From Cyanophora paradoxa CCMP329 (Eukaryota > Plantae > Glaucophyta), in the NCBI GenBank assembly GCA_004431415.1, contig QPMI01000047.1, positions 181,367 through 245,366 of the forward strand: a stretch of DNA of 64,000 nt. Reading direction: 5' to 3'. Positions 23,801-34,034 of this stretch are shown in pieces (position 1 is the stretch's first letter; each line of letters opens with the position of its first letter). Both the position numbers and the translations under genes were made by a program. Below the pieces are notes generated by a model, which was given only the letters and a program-made list of their open reading frames with translations, did not search any database and was not told the DNA's origin.

Positions 23801-26800
23801 TGAATGCCGTGGCCATTTCAGCGGTGCGTAAACAGGAATGTATGTACAATTAGAGGCAACACGATCAAATCATAGGCACCGCAGACAATGGCGGGTACTT
23901 GCATAAATACTCGATTGGGGCATACTAGCTAGTAAATATCGATTCGCGATCAACATTCTAAGTTTGTGATGGCAGGACGGGAGGCGGGCTATTTCAGGCG
24001 GCTGCGACAAAACAGTGCGAGTTTGGGACCTGGAGACAGGCTCGCAGTTGCAGCGGCTGCAATGCCACACAGGGGAGGTCACGTCGGTCGCACTGTCAGC
24101 GGTGCGCAATATCCGTCAGCGCATTTGAGAAAGAGATACCCGGAGCGCCCGTGGGACTGCTAGAGCTTTGCTTATATTTGTTATAAGAGAGCCAGGAAAG
24201 AAAGCACTGCACAGCACATAGTTATGAAAAAGCGGATGAAAAATCTATTGCAGGATGGACGCCGAGCCATTTCAGGAAGCAGGGATACCAATGTATGTGT
24301 GTGGGACCTGGAGACGGGGGCGGAGCTGCGGCGACTGGAAGGCCACACTCATGAGGTCACATCCGTGGCGATGTCTGCGGTGCGTTGGCGCCTCGGCAGA
24401 TGTTCACAGGCGCGAGAGCTCGGACGGGCCGCGGTGATTAATGTTACGCTTATTATTATTATTATTATTATCAGTAGAGATGGATCAATCGATGAAGATA
24501 AACGGTTGGTTATCCTGACTGCAGCTGGCGCTGCGGCCACGGGCCGCAGGATGGACGGCAAGCGGTCTCAAGCGGCAAAGACAAGATAATACGTGTGTGG
24601 GACTTGGAGACGGGGGTGCAGCTGCGACAGTTGGAGGGTCATACGCATGAAATTACCTCGGTGGCGCTGTCTGCGGTGCGCGCGAATCATGGCGATCATT
24701 TACAGTGGCGAGCTGACGTTGTGTATATTGAGTGGGCTAGACTTCGAAGAGCTGGGTGTCGCTATTAAGCACTAGAAGGGATATCCTTCATATTTCTGTA
24801 TACGTTTTTATAATTTTTTGAAACACTATCTTTGATCAGCTGCCCCAGCTGAACTGTGCTCGCTCGCGTGACATGCTAAACGAATCGAACGGCTTTATGA
24901 CGCGCGAGGCCCGCGGCCGGGGGCGGCAGGACGGGCGACGGGTAGTCTCGGGCAGCAAGGACAGCACGGTGCGTGTGTGGGATTTGGAGACAGCCGTACC
25001 ACTGCAGCTGCTGGGATACCACGAGGGCGGGGTAACTTCTGTGGCGCTGTCAGCGGTGCGTGGTATAGCAACGGGGGGGAGATAGAGAGGGGGATAGGGG
25101 GAGGGGGGAAGGGGGCTCGAGGATTTCAAGTGGTCAGACAGTCCAGTATCAATCTGACAGCGCGAGCAGGTTTAAGTTATAATTAGCTTGAACTACGCTC
25201 TAATGTTTATCTAATGTTCTCTGGAGCTAAACCGTTTAATTTACGTATGTTGCATTTAGCTATAGAGGCTACATTAGATATTGCGTCAAGTACGGAACGG
25301 ACGGCTCCTCTGATGCGACAGGGGCGGGGGCGGCAGGATGGACGGCAAGTGATCTCAAGCGGCAAAGACAAGACAATAGGTGTGTGGAACCTGGAGACGG
25401 GGGCGCAGCTGCGGCGTTTGGAGGTCGATAAGCAGGAATACATCTCTGTGGCACTGTCTGCGGTGCGTTTTCTGCAGCGGGAGAGTCGGGCCCCCCTCAT
25501 CTGCGCTGATTTGGGGAATATTTCCTAATGAGCGGATGGAAATGTTTATGTTTTTTTATTGTATATAACAGCCGGGTCTTCTTGATCATGAACGGTTAAC
25601 GTTGTGAAGTTCCGTTTGACATGGACGGGTCCCGTGCGGCAGGACGGGCGACGGGCTGTCTCAGGCAGTGAAGACGCGACAATGCGCGTGTGGGATTTGG
25701 AAACGGGAATGGAGCGTGTGCGTTTCGAGGGCCGCACGGGACGAGTTACTTCTGTGGCACTGTCGCCGGTGCGCAATCGCGTTCTGGCGTCGGCCATTGT
25801 ATTTCATCCAAATTTCGTATTTTAGACGTCTAGATCAGCAATCGCGAGCTTCTGAAAGAATATTAATGCGCATGCTTGTTCAATGCATTGATAACTTTCA
25901 AGTCGTACTCCTATAAATTGCCCCTCTGATGTCTAGGGCCTCGGACCTGCAGGACGGAAGGCGAGCGGTCTCTGGGAGCATAGATGGAACAGTGCGTGTG
26001 TGGAATTTGGAGATGACGGAGGCTGGGGTTCGGCGTCTGGAAGGCCACTCGGGTTCTGTGACTTACGTGGCAGTGTCGGCGGTGCGTGCAAATGTATGGG
26101 AACTTTCGAAATTCACTCCATGGGCGTCAATTGACTCCATGAGGGATTCACACGCGCACTCTTGAGACGGGCCAAAACCTAATGGAATACCCCGCGGCCG
26201 ATTGTCAAAGCGCTCTTTAATTTGATTTGATTGTTTTGTTCGAATTCGCAGGACGGACGAAGAGTGATTTCGGGCAGCATCGACAGCACGGTCAGTTTGT
26301 GGGACCTGGAGACGGGGGCGGAGCTCCGACGTTTCGAAGGTCACACAGACGACGTCACATCCGTGGCTTTTTCAGCGGTGCGTGATTCTAGATCTGGGAG
26401 AAAATATAGATGAGTGCCTTTTCGGCGGTATATATATATATATATGTCGGTGCGGGTGTAATGCAGGGAAATTGCATGCGCAGATCTAGAGTCATGCATA
26501 TGATCAGATCTAGATTGAAAATGCAGGGAAATTGCAGATCTAGATGCATCGAGATCTATAGCTAAGAGTTTCAATTGCAGGGATCGGGCTTGTGCTGCGA
26601 AATCAGATCTAGCCTTATATTAGTCTTGCACTCGTGGACATGGCTGCGAGAGATTGCATTGGAAGGACGTACTTTCATTTATACGTATATCCTGACTGCT
26701 CCGGCCGCGGGGTTGGCAGGATGGACGGTGGGCTGTTTCTGGTAGTAAGGACAGTACAGTGCGTGTGTGGGACCTGGAGACGGGGGCGGAGCGCTTGCGG

Positions 26801-29104
26801 CTGGAATGTGACTCGGGGCGGGTCAACTCCGTTGCACTGTCGGCGGTGCGTTGTGTAACCCCTACATCGGCAGTGGTCATGCTTTAGCTTAAGCTTGCGC
26901 ATAGTTTGTCTTTCATCAGCTGCCCGCCCCAGTTTTTTGACGCGCGCGGCGCGGCGCCGGCGCCGGGTCGGGGCGGCAGGACGGGCGATGGGTAGTCTCG
27001 GGCGGCGAGGAAGGCGCAGTCAGCGTTTGGGACACGGAGTCGGGGACGGAGCTGCAACGACTGGAAGGCCACAGGTCCGATGTCACGTCTGTGGCGCTGT
27101 CGGCAGTGCGTGCACAGAAGCCTTGAAGGGGGCAGCGGGGAGGGGGAGGCGATCGATCATGATATATTCGTCAAATCTTCGACTCGCTAACTAAATCCGG
27201 GGGCGCAGGATGGACGGCAGGTGGTCTCGGGCGGCGAAGACGAAACGGCGCGTGTGTGGGACCTGGATACGGGGACGGAACTGCGACAGCTGAAGGGACA
27301 CTATTTTGGAATCACCTCCGTGGCGCTGTCGGCGGTGCGCTGATAGTTTTGGCATCGCGGCAGGGATTGGACAGAATTCGAAGGGCTCGGGTACAGTTTT
27401 AATATTAATGTTTAAGGCTTCGTCGCCTATTATTCCGCGCTTCATGTCAGAATCATGGAACGAGATGACGGGATAGGGAATTAATTAGGGATTAGGGAAT
27501 TTTTGTATGCGCGGAGTTCTCATGTAGTGACGGATGCATATGCCCAGGATGGACGGCGGGCGGTATCAGTCGGCTCTGACGAGACGATTCGGGTTTGGAA
27601 CCTCGATACAGGAGAGCAGTGTTGGCAAGGGAAGCTCGAAGTCCTGGTGCAAGCCGGAGGCGTCTCGGCAGGGGGGCTTCAGGCGGATCCAGAGGAGGCA
27701 TCCGGATCTAGATCTGACGAGGAAAGAAGCGAAAGTAGCGCTTCGACATTATTTTCCGAGTTCGATGCGCCCATCTTTTCATTGGGGCTCTCAGCGGTAC
27801 GCGAAGTTTGCTGACCGTGAATCCTCCTCGCAAACCCATCGATATCCATCTTACGAATTTCGGGCGGCAGGATGGGCGGCGGGCCATCACAGGCGGAGAG
27901 GACAAGATTGCGCGTGTGTGGGACCTGGGTCCAGATTCGGGCGCGGAGCGGCTGCGACTGAAAGGACACACGCGAGATATCACCTCGGTGATGCTTTCCG
28001 CGGTGCGTGCTCCTGATATTTTAGCAGGCAGTGAGGAAAGCAGTGATCGGCAGCAATAAATAAATTTAAATTTTGGTGAGGGGCAGAATGAGATCATAGA
28101 ATGAAAACAACTAAGACGTAGCCTAGTAGGTTTGTGAGTGGGGGGGATTGAAGCAGCGCTAGCAGTGACTTTTCGGAAGGGGCAGGGTGAGAACAAGGCG
28201 CCGAGGCGTCTGATTCGGTTGCGGGGCGGGGCGGCAGGACGGACGGCGGCTGGTTTCAGGCAGTAATGACAAGTCCGTGCGGGTGTGGGACCTGGAGATG
28301 TCGTTCGAGCTCTGCGCGAAGAAGGGGCCCGCAGTGCATGCGAGCCCCTCGCCACCGGAGAGGCTTACAGTACCAACAGCGGTGCGCGATCTAGAGCTGT
28401 ACCTCGCTGGGATTTCTCCCTGCAGGAGCTGATTATATTTTTCGCGACAAATCTGCAGGTCGGCGGGTGCGTTCGACGTATTTTTGAGGCCGTCAGCGGC
28501 ACGCCCCCGGAGTTCGCTGAAGCCACGGTGCGCTGTATATAGTTTAGTTTTATGTGTACGCTATATATGCGCACCATGTAAGGATTGCGCCTAAAATCTA
28601 TATATAGCCATATAAATACCGTGTAACACTCAATTAATGCGCCAGAAATTAATGCGTTGTTGTAGGACCCGGACCCCTAGTATTGATAATCATGCGGCAC
28701 CGAATTAATGCGTTTTGAACCTTTTTGGTTGCAGTAGGGGGGTACATACAGCAGTTTCTTAGCGTTTCGGTATTAATGCGGTCCCAAATTAATGCGTTTT
28801 GCCACCGAAAAACGCATTAATTTGGTACCGCATTACTTAAGTGCGCGCATTACTTAAGTGTTACATAGAACGCCTAACTTCAATCAGTCCAACTGCTCTA
28901 GATCTGTACAGCTAGTTCCGGGATCCGCCTGAAACAGTGTTCCCCCCGCAGTTCGACGAGGCGACTTCGATGGCGCCGTCGCTGCGGGCTGTGCTCGAGG
29001 ACCGCGGGGCCCGGCTCGTCCCCGGATCCGGAGGGGGCGCGGGGGACCCGGGGGCCCTCGAGCTCGACGAGGACGCCCCCGTCGTGCCCTACCGCTGGGG
29101 GTAG
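17803..29104 (+). CDS. NLR-like STAND protein: Ala/Ser repeats - TIR - NACHT - pentapeptide repeats - 14 WD40
   Basis: [33 protein letters not shown] (from 20008); Walker [16 protein letters not shown] (21116-21142); Walker [11 protein letters not shown]; VITCRS; LVTNPFTL; FLHK|TLLEYF; [11 protein letters not shown]|AGVSF; pentapeptide [34 protein letters not shown]; 14 WD40 exons 23976-28381; last exon 28952-29104 [22 protein letters not shown]. The start codon is inferred. Confidence 0.9.
18360..19900 (+). repeat. Coding minisatellite (ASVGAAAA.. units) in the NLR N-terminus
   Basis: Core gccagcgtcggcgcggc recurs about every 42-45 bp; near-identical 87-bp units ([29 protein letters not shown]) start at 19381, 19468, 19555 and 19642. 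Confidence 0.95.
23976..28381 (+). repeat. Array of 14 phase-0 exons, one WD40 repeat each
   Basis: Exons 23976-24101, 24254-24379, 24550-24675, 24930-25055, 25337-25462, 25643-25768, 25953-26081, 26252-26377, 26720-26845, 26980-27105, 27209-27334, 27548-27796, 27871-28002, 28238-28381. All begin cag|GA(C/T)GG (DGR) and end at a gt(g/a)cg donor; ten are exactly 126 nt. Confidence 0.95.
28622..28865. mobile_element. MITE-like element in the last intron of the NLR gene
   Basis: Imperfect 21-bp terminal inverted repeats tgtaacactcaattaatgcgc / gcgcattacttaagtgttaca (19/21); internal ttaatgcg/cgcatta subrepeats; no clean target-site duplication. Confidence 0.65.
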
Positions 29105-29287
29105 GCTCCAGCTGCAGGCTGCCAGGCCTAGCGATATAGGCTGCTCGAATATTAGTTCAACGTTTTGATTTTTAGAGAGGCATGGTATCGCTCTCAGTTT
29201 ATGTTTGTCGATAAGATTGTTGTCTGCGAGCGCGGATTTCACGACTTCTACCGGAATACATCAATGACGGTCCCGCATTGGATCGGA

Positions 29288-29445
29288 TTCACTCCAGCGG
29301 CAGCGCTCGCAGTGCGGGTCGGTGATGTTGTCGTAACGTAAATCTTCAATTTCGATATTTTGCAGTGCGACGCCCAGCGAGGCCATGCCGCGAGCAGAGC
29401 TCGGTGTTTTTGCATGGGACACAGAACGAAGAATGGAGGCTAGGC
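29288..29445 (+). repeat. Dispersed repeat copy B (homologous to 15545-15725)
   Basis: Colinear match to copy A with indels. Confidence 0.85.
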
Positions 29446-29538
29446 AGGGGCGTGGGCAGGGAAAAGGCGTAGGAGCAGGATTCAGGAGTCGCGACCCCGG
29501 CCCCCGCCGCCCCCTGAGTACCTCCGCCCTCGGCTCAG

Positions 29539-30750
29539 AAGATTACGAGCCCGGTACCCCCCTCTTCACGGTCGCTGTACCCCTCCGCGTGCAGAAGAGA
29601 CCACCGCCCGTCGTCCGCCATCGACTCGAGGTGCGCCGTACCCCCGCGCCGCTCTTTCCCCCCTATTCCCTCACCTGTACCCCCCGCAGCTCTGCGTGGC
29701 GGTGTGCGAGGCTGCGCCGTGGGCGCGCGCCGCCGCCTCCGAGTACCTCCACTACCTCGGCGCCCACGTCCACGAGCCCGGTACCCCCCTTCGTCCAATC
29801 TTTGTTGTACCCCCGTCCGATTCCCCCCCACCCGCAGGGGTACGGTACGAGGACGGCGTGGAGGCTGTGCTCTGCTGGCTCGCCCCCAACGAGGCCGACC
29901 CCGGCTCCGTCCTCCCCTCCGTCGCGGTGCCGTATCCCCTCCCCGTCCCCACCCCCACCCCCGACGCCGCTGAGAGGGGGTACGCTTTCAGGCGGCGCGG
30001 GAGGCGGCGGCCGCGGGGCCGGCGGGGGCGACGGTGGTGGTGGCGGGGAACGTCGCCCTCCGGATCCTCGGCGACGTCCACGCCCGGTGCGCGCGAGCCC
30101 TCCGCTCGAAATCATGATCAGACTTCTTCTCAGCGCCCGCGCGCGCGCGCGCGCGCGCGCAGGAGCCGAGAATCGGCGCGGGGCGCCCCCCGGGCTCCCC
30201 AGGCGGCGCCCTCAGCTGCAACCCCTTCAAGCGCGCCCCCTCGCGCCCGTTGCAGCGTGGAGGGGCCGGCGGGGGACGGGGCGGGCGACTGGGCGGGCGT
30301 CTTGGTCGTCCCCAAGCCCCTCCGCCACGTGCGCCCGCCTCACATTCAGATGAGCGCCCGGATCGCTCATGTGAGCGGGCGCAGCGGGACCTGGAGGGGG
30401 CCATGCGCCGCGCCGCCGCCTGGCTCCGCCGCCACCCGCCGCCCCCGGGCTCCGCCCCCGCCTTGGGGTCAGCTCCGCGGCCGGCGCCGGCGCCGGCACC
30501 GGTGCGGTCCTTGGGCGCCGGCGGCGGCGGCGGCTTAGCGCGTATACGTATGGGCCTCGAGGCTGCGGGGCCCGGGGTACCCCCCTGGCGCGCCCCGCAC
30601 GCCCCCTCCTCCCCCCTGGCGTCCGGGGCCTCTACCCCCCTCCAGAAGCCGCCCCGTGCGGCCTCGAAGCCGCTCTCCGACGAGTCTCCGTGCCCTCCAT
30701 CTCTAGATCGCTGTCGCCGTCGACGCGGGGCCCCGCCGCCCCGATCATAA
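29539..30750 (+). pseudogene. 5'-truncated fragment resembling the C-terminal part of a hybrid histidine kinase (HATPase end plus pseudo-receiver)
   Basis: Exon begins at an orphan acceptor (ctcag|AA GAT); EPGTPLFTVAVPL resembles the HATPase end; VAVCEAAPWARAAASEYLHYLGAHV and LVVPKPLR resemble receiver beta1/alpha1 and the KP motif. No upstream kinase exons found. Confidence 0.4.
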
Positions 30751-31029
30751 ATCGCAAATAATTGCATTGCAATCAGGCTTGATCGTGAATTGCGAATTGT
30801 AATCAATAGCAAATCATCCACGATTCATCTGTGATCATGAATCGCATATTCAATGATTATAATTATATTAATTCGGAAACTTCGGCTAATTATTATAGCT
30901 TGCGCGGCGCGGCGGCGCCGCACTGTGCATGCGCAGTGTGCAGCAGTGCGGCCGCAGCGGCCGCAAGAAGATCTCATATTCTTTGAGAGACTACGGAGCT
31001 TAGTAACGGAAAGGCGAACCCCCCGTATA

Positions 31030-31420
31030 CTGTAAAGCAGGAAATATTTAAGAGGTTGGATATTAATAGTACTAAAGTTCTAAGGCCTGAGTACTAGAGT
31101 TTTTGGTACTATTAAACCTGAGGTCCGTGGGAGGGGGCCCCCGGGTATAGTACGTAGCGCAGTAACGTCGGCGCGGCCGCCGGGCCGTAGGTAGGTGAAT
31201 TGCTCCGAATTTGCTCGAAGGGAGCGCAGAAGCACGCGGCGTCGCGATCGCCGGCGTCGAGCAACCCCCCTTGCACGCGCCGCGCCCACGCGCACCCCGG
31301 AACCCCCTGCAGCTGCTGAAGGCTTCCGCGACCAACTCTTAATTATTTTAGGCCTACTAAACCGACCAAACCACGGAATTACTAAACATTTTGGGGTCTT
31401 AAATATTTCCTGCTTTACAG
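31030..31420. mobile_element. Tc1/mariner-type MITE (391 bp)
   Basis: Perfect 24-bp terminal inverted repeats CTGTAAAGCAGGAAATATTTAAGA ... TCTTAAATATTTCCTGCTTTACAG flanked by TA on both sides (31028-29, 31421-22); no transposase. Confidence 0.85.
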
Positions 31421-31898
31421 TACGTATACGTAGAAGAAGCTCGATCTCATAGCACTGGGGGTACGCAAGAAGATCTCGCAATTGCAACGCTATAGCTATA
31501 GCTACGCGGGGGGTACGCAAGAAGATCCGGCATACATACACCGGCATACGATATCGATATACCGAAAAATGGAAAAACCGAAAAACCGACACGACGTCAC
31601 GGCGTGTCCATGTGCGCATGCACTGTGCACATATGCATATGTACATTGATATCGATCCGCGCCGATGAATTCGAACCGTTGAATGCACACTGCACACCGC
31701 CGTGATCGCTCATGATCATGATCATGATCAGTGCCAGATGCATATATACAAGTACATTAATATTGTTACAGTAGTACTGCAGATCTAGAACTAGAATTCG
31801 AAATTAAATATTTAGCGTGCTGCATATTCATATATATATATATATACTGGAGAGCTAGAAATATTTAGTATGCTGCATATTTATAGTACATTTTTGGG

Positions 31899-32352
31899 CG
31901 ATCTACTAAATATTTCGAATTCCCGCCTGCTGAAGCCGAGAATTCTTAGGGGTAGTCCCGTCTCCGCCATACAACTTGGCAAAAGCCCTGCGAAGACCGA
32001 TCTACTAAAATTTTACCAGCCGCTAAAGTGGCAGTTTTGGCGAAGTACTAATTATTTTCCTGTACTAAATTAACTAGTTCTACAGTAGTTCTAAAAGGTT
32101 TTGGTCGATCTACTAAATATTTCTCAGAGTCTCGCCTGCTAAAGCCGAGAAATTCTAGGGGTAGCCCCGTCTCCGCCTACAAAAGCGGCGAAACTTGAAA
32201 AGCCCTGCGAAGATATAGTAGTACTCTGATATACTAGTACTCGTACGGTAGACCGACCTACTAAATATTTATAATTACCAGCTGCTAGTGGCGCCCGGCA
32301 CTGCGGCAGTTTTGGCGAAGAACTCATTATCTCAAAAGTTTCCCGTACTAAA
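31899..32352 (+). repeat. Degenerate tandem duplication (two copies of about 170 and 245 bp)
   Basis: gatctactaaatattt..cgcctgct..aagccgaga..ggggtag..cccgtctccgcc..aaagccctgcgaaga..ggcagttttggcgaag occurs at about 31900 and about 32107. Confidence 0.85.
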
Positions 32353-32729
32353 AGAGAACCGGGCTCCGAGGCTCCGTGCATGACGCCCCGTCACTAAATT
32401 AGTGACGTCAGTGATGTCACGACTTGGCGACCCACGAATCCAGGGCCACGATTCATGTGATCGATCATGTGATGGGCTCTGCCCGGCTGACAGGTCCCGC
32501 TGACTCCTCCGACTCTCTGTCGACTCAGTGTCGAGCTCGAGTCTCTGATCATGAGTCATGACCGTCGGATCCGGACGTCACGGTTATGACATGCATATGC
32601 CATGATGTACCGTACGTACGGCCTCTGACTCTAGGCTCTTACTCTATAGCTAGGAGTACTACGGTAGCCTCTTAGGCGAGTAAGCGCAAGCCAGCCTCAG
32701 GCTACTGCAGCTGGCTTAATTATAATTAT

Positions 32730-32970
32730 GAATTGCCGTGGTGTAAAACTGCCGAATTCCTAAAGTTCGCCCAAAACCGGAGTTGCGCATGCCGTGGCCG
32801 AATCATATAGCTTCTGCTTCTGCTCTATCATATGCATGATGGTGGGCTAAGAAAGAACCGGTACCTATATATCCCCCAAGCAATTGCCGTGATGCTAATT
32901 TATAATTATACATTGCCGAGTTCGGCCTTTCGGCAATTTACGGCAATTTAAAACTTCGGCAAAAAAGGCC
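32730..32970. repeat. Cluster of ttgccg / cggcaa inverted motifs, possible decayed foldback element
   Basis: aattgccgtg, ctgccgaa, caattgccgtg, ttgccgag on the left; tcggcaattt, acggcaattt, tcggcaaa on the right. Confidence 0.35.
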
Positions 32971-34034
32971 GTCCTACAGTACTGCAGCTGCCAGGCAGTG
33001 CCACTGGCCAGCCTATAGCTTGTGCCAGGCTGGCCCAGCATCTGGCCACTGTGGCCAGCATCTCAGAGCCTACGGTCTGCCGCAGTGCTGCAGTCTGCGC
33101 AGCTGGAACTACCGGGTAGATCTTGATTCTGAGCATGAGCTCGAGCCTTTCAAGTAAGTTTGACTCTTTGAAGTTTCGAATTTCGATCGCGAATCCATCG
33201 ATTCACGAAACGATCCGATGAGCATACTAGTAATCGAGAATCGAGATCCGAGACTCGCGAATCGGCGCCGGCGCCGGCCTGATCATGAGTCCTGAGTCCT
33301 CAGACGTCGCGTTGCGTCGATATCGATGACGTCGAGTCGGAGTCATCCCATACAAAGAAAAGTCGGTCCGGTAGCAGTTTAATTTCATATAATTGTATAA
33401 ATTTTTAAAAAAGTCGGAACGTGAACGGTCCGGAAGTACCGTATACGTAGTACTACGGTACAGATCTAGAGTCGCCGCGGCGCACTGCGGCACGCGTGTA
33501 CATGTACAGTCTGCGGCATATGCATGTCACATGACTCAGTGATGTACAGCTGCAGACCGCGCGCCGGCGCCAGCTTATTATAAAACAATATTGCATGATG
33601 ATGCAGCCCATCGATCGTGATATCGATCGCGATATCCTGATCATGATTTCCGATCATCCGATGATGGGATATCCGATGATCGATTTCGATCCCGATTCTC
33701 GAATCCCGACTCCCGCGCCGACTCGCCGCCGAGTCCCGATTTGCATACGTATACGTATACGTATACCGGTATCCGATCCTTATTCCGGATCCGATCGTCG
33801 GATCTTCCGAAGTTCGGATCGGACCGTCGGACGGAATTCGAATTCAGCGTTGACGTACCAGCAGTAGTACCGTAGTACGCGTTCGCTGCGCGCGCCGCGC
33901 CCGCGGCCGCAGCGCGTTTCAAAGTTTTCACCGAGTCAACATCGATATCGATATCAGTGACATATCGATCACAGCCGCAGTGCATCATCGCACGCGCATA
34001 CGTATACGTGCACATCGTGTCGACGTCGGCGCAA

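Noticed and set aside
23976-28381. CRISPR-like repeat-spacer appearance
   Set aside because: The repeats are 126-nt coding exons with splice sites and the spacers are introns; no cas genes.
33435-33470. Hairpin followed by CTAG resembling a Helitron 3' end
   Set aside because: Hairpins and CTAG are ubiquitous in this palindrome-rich tract; no other Helitron evidence.
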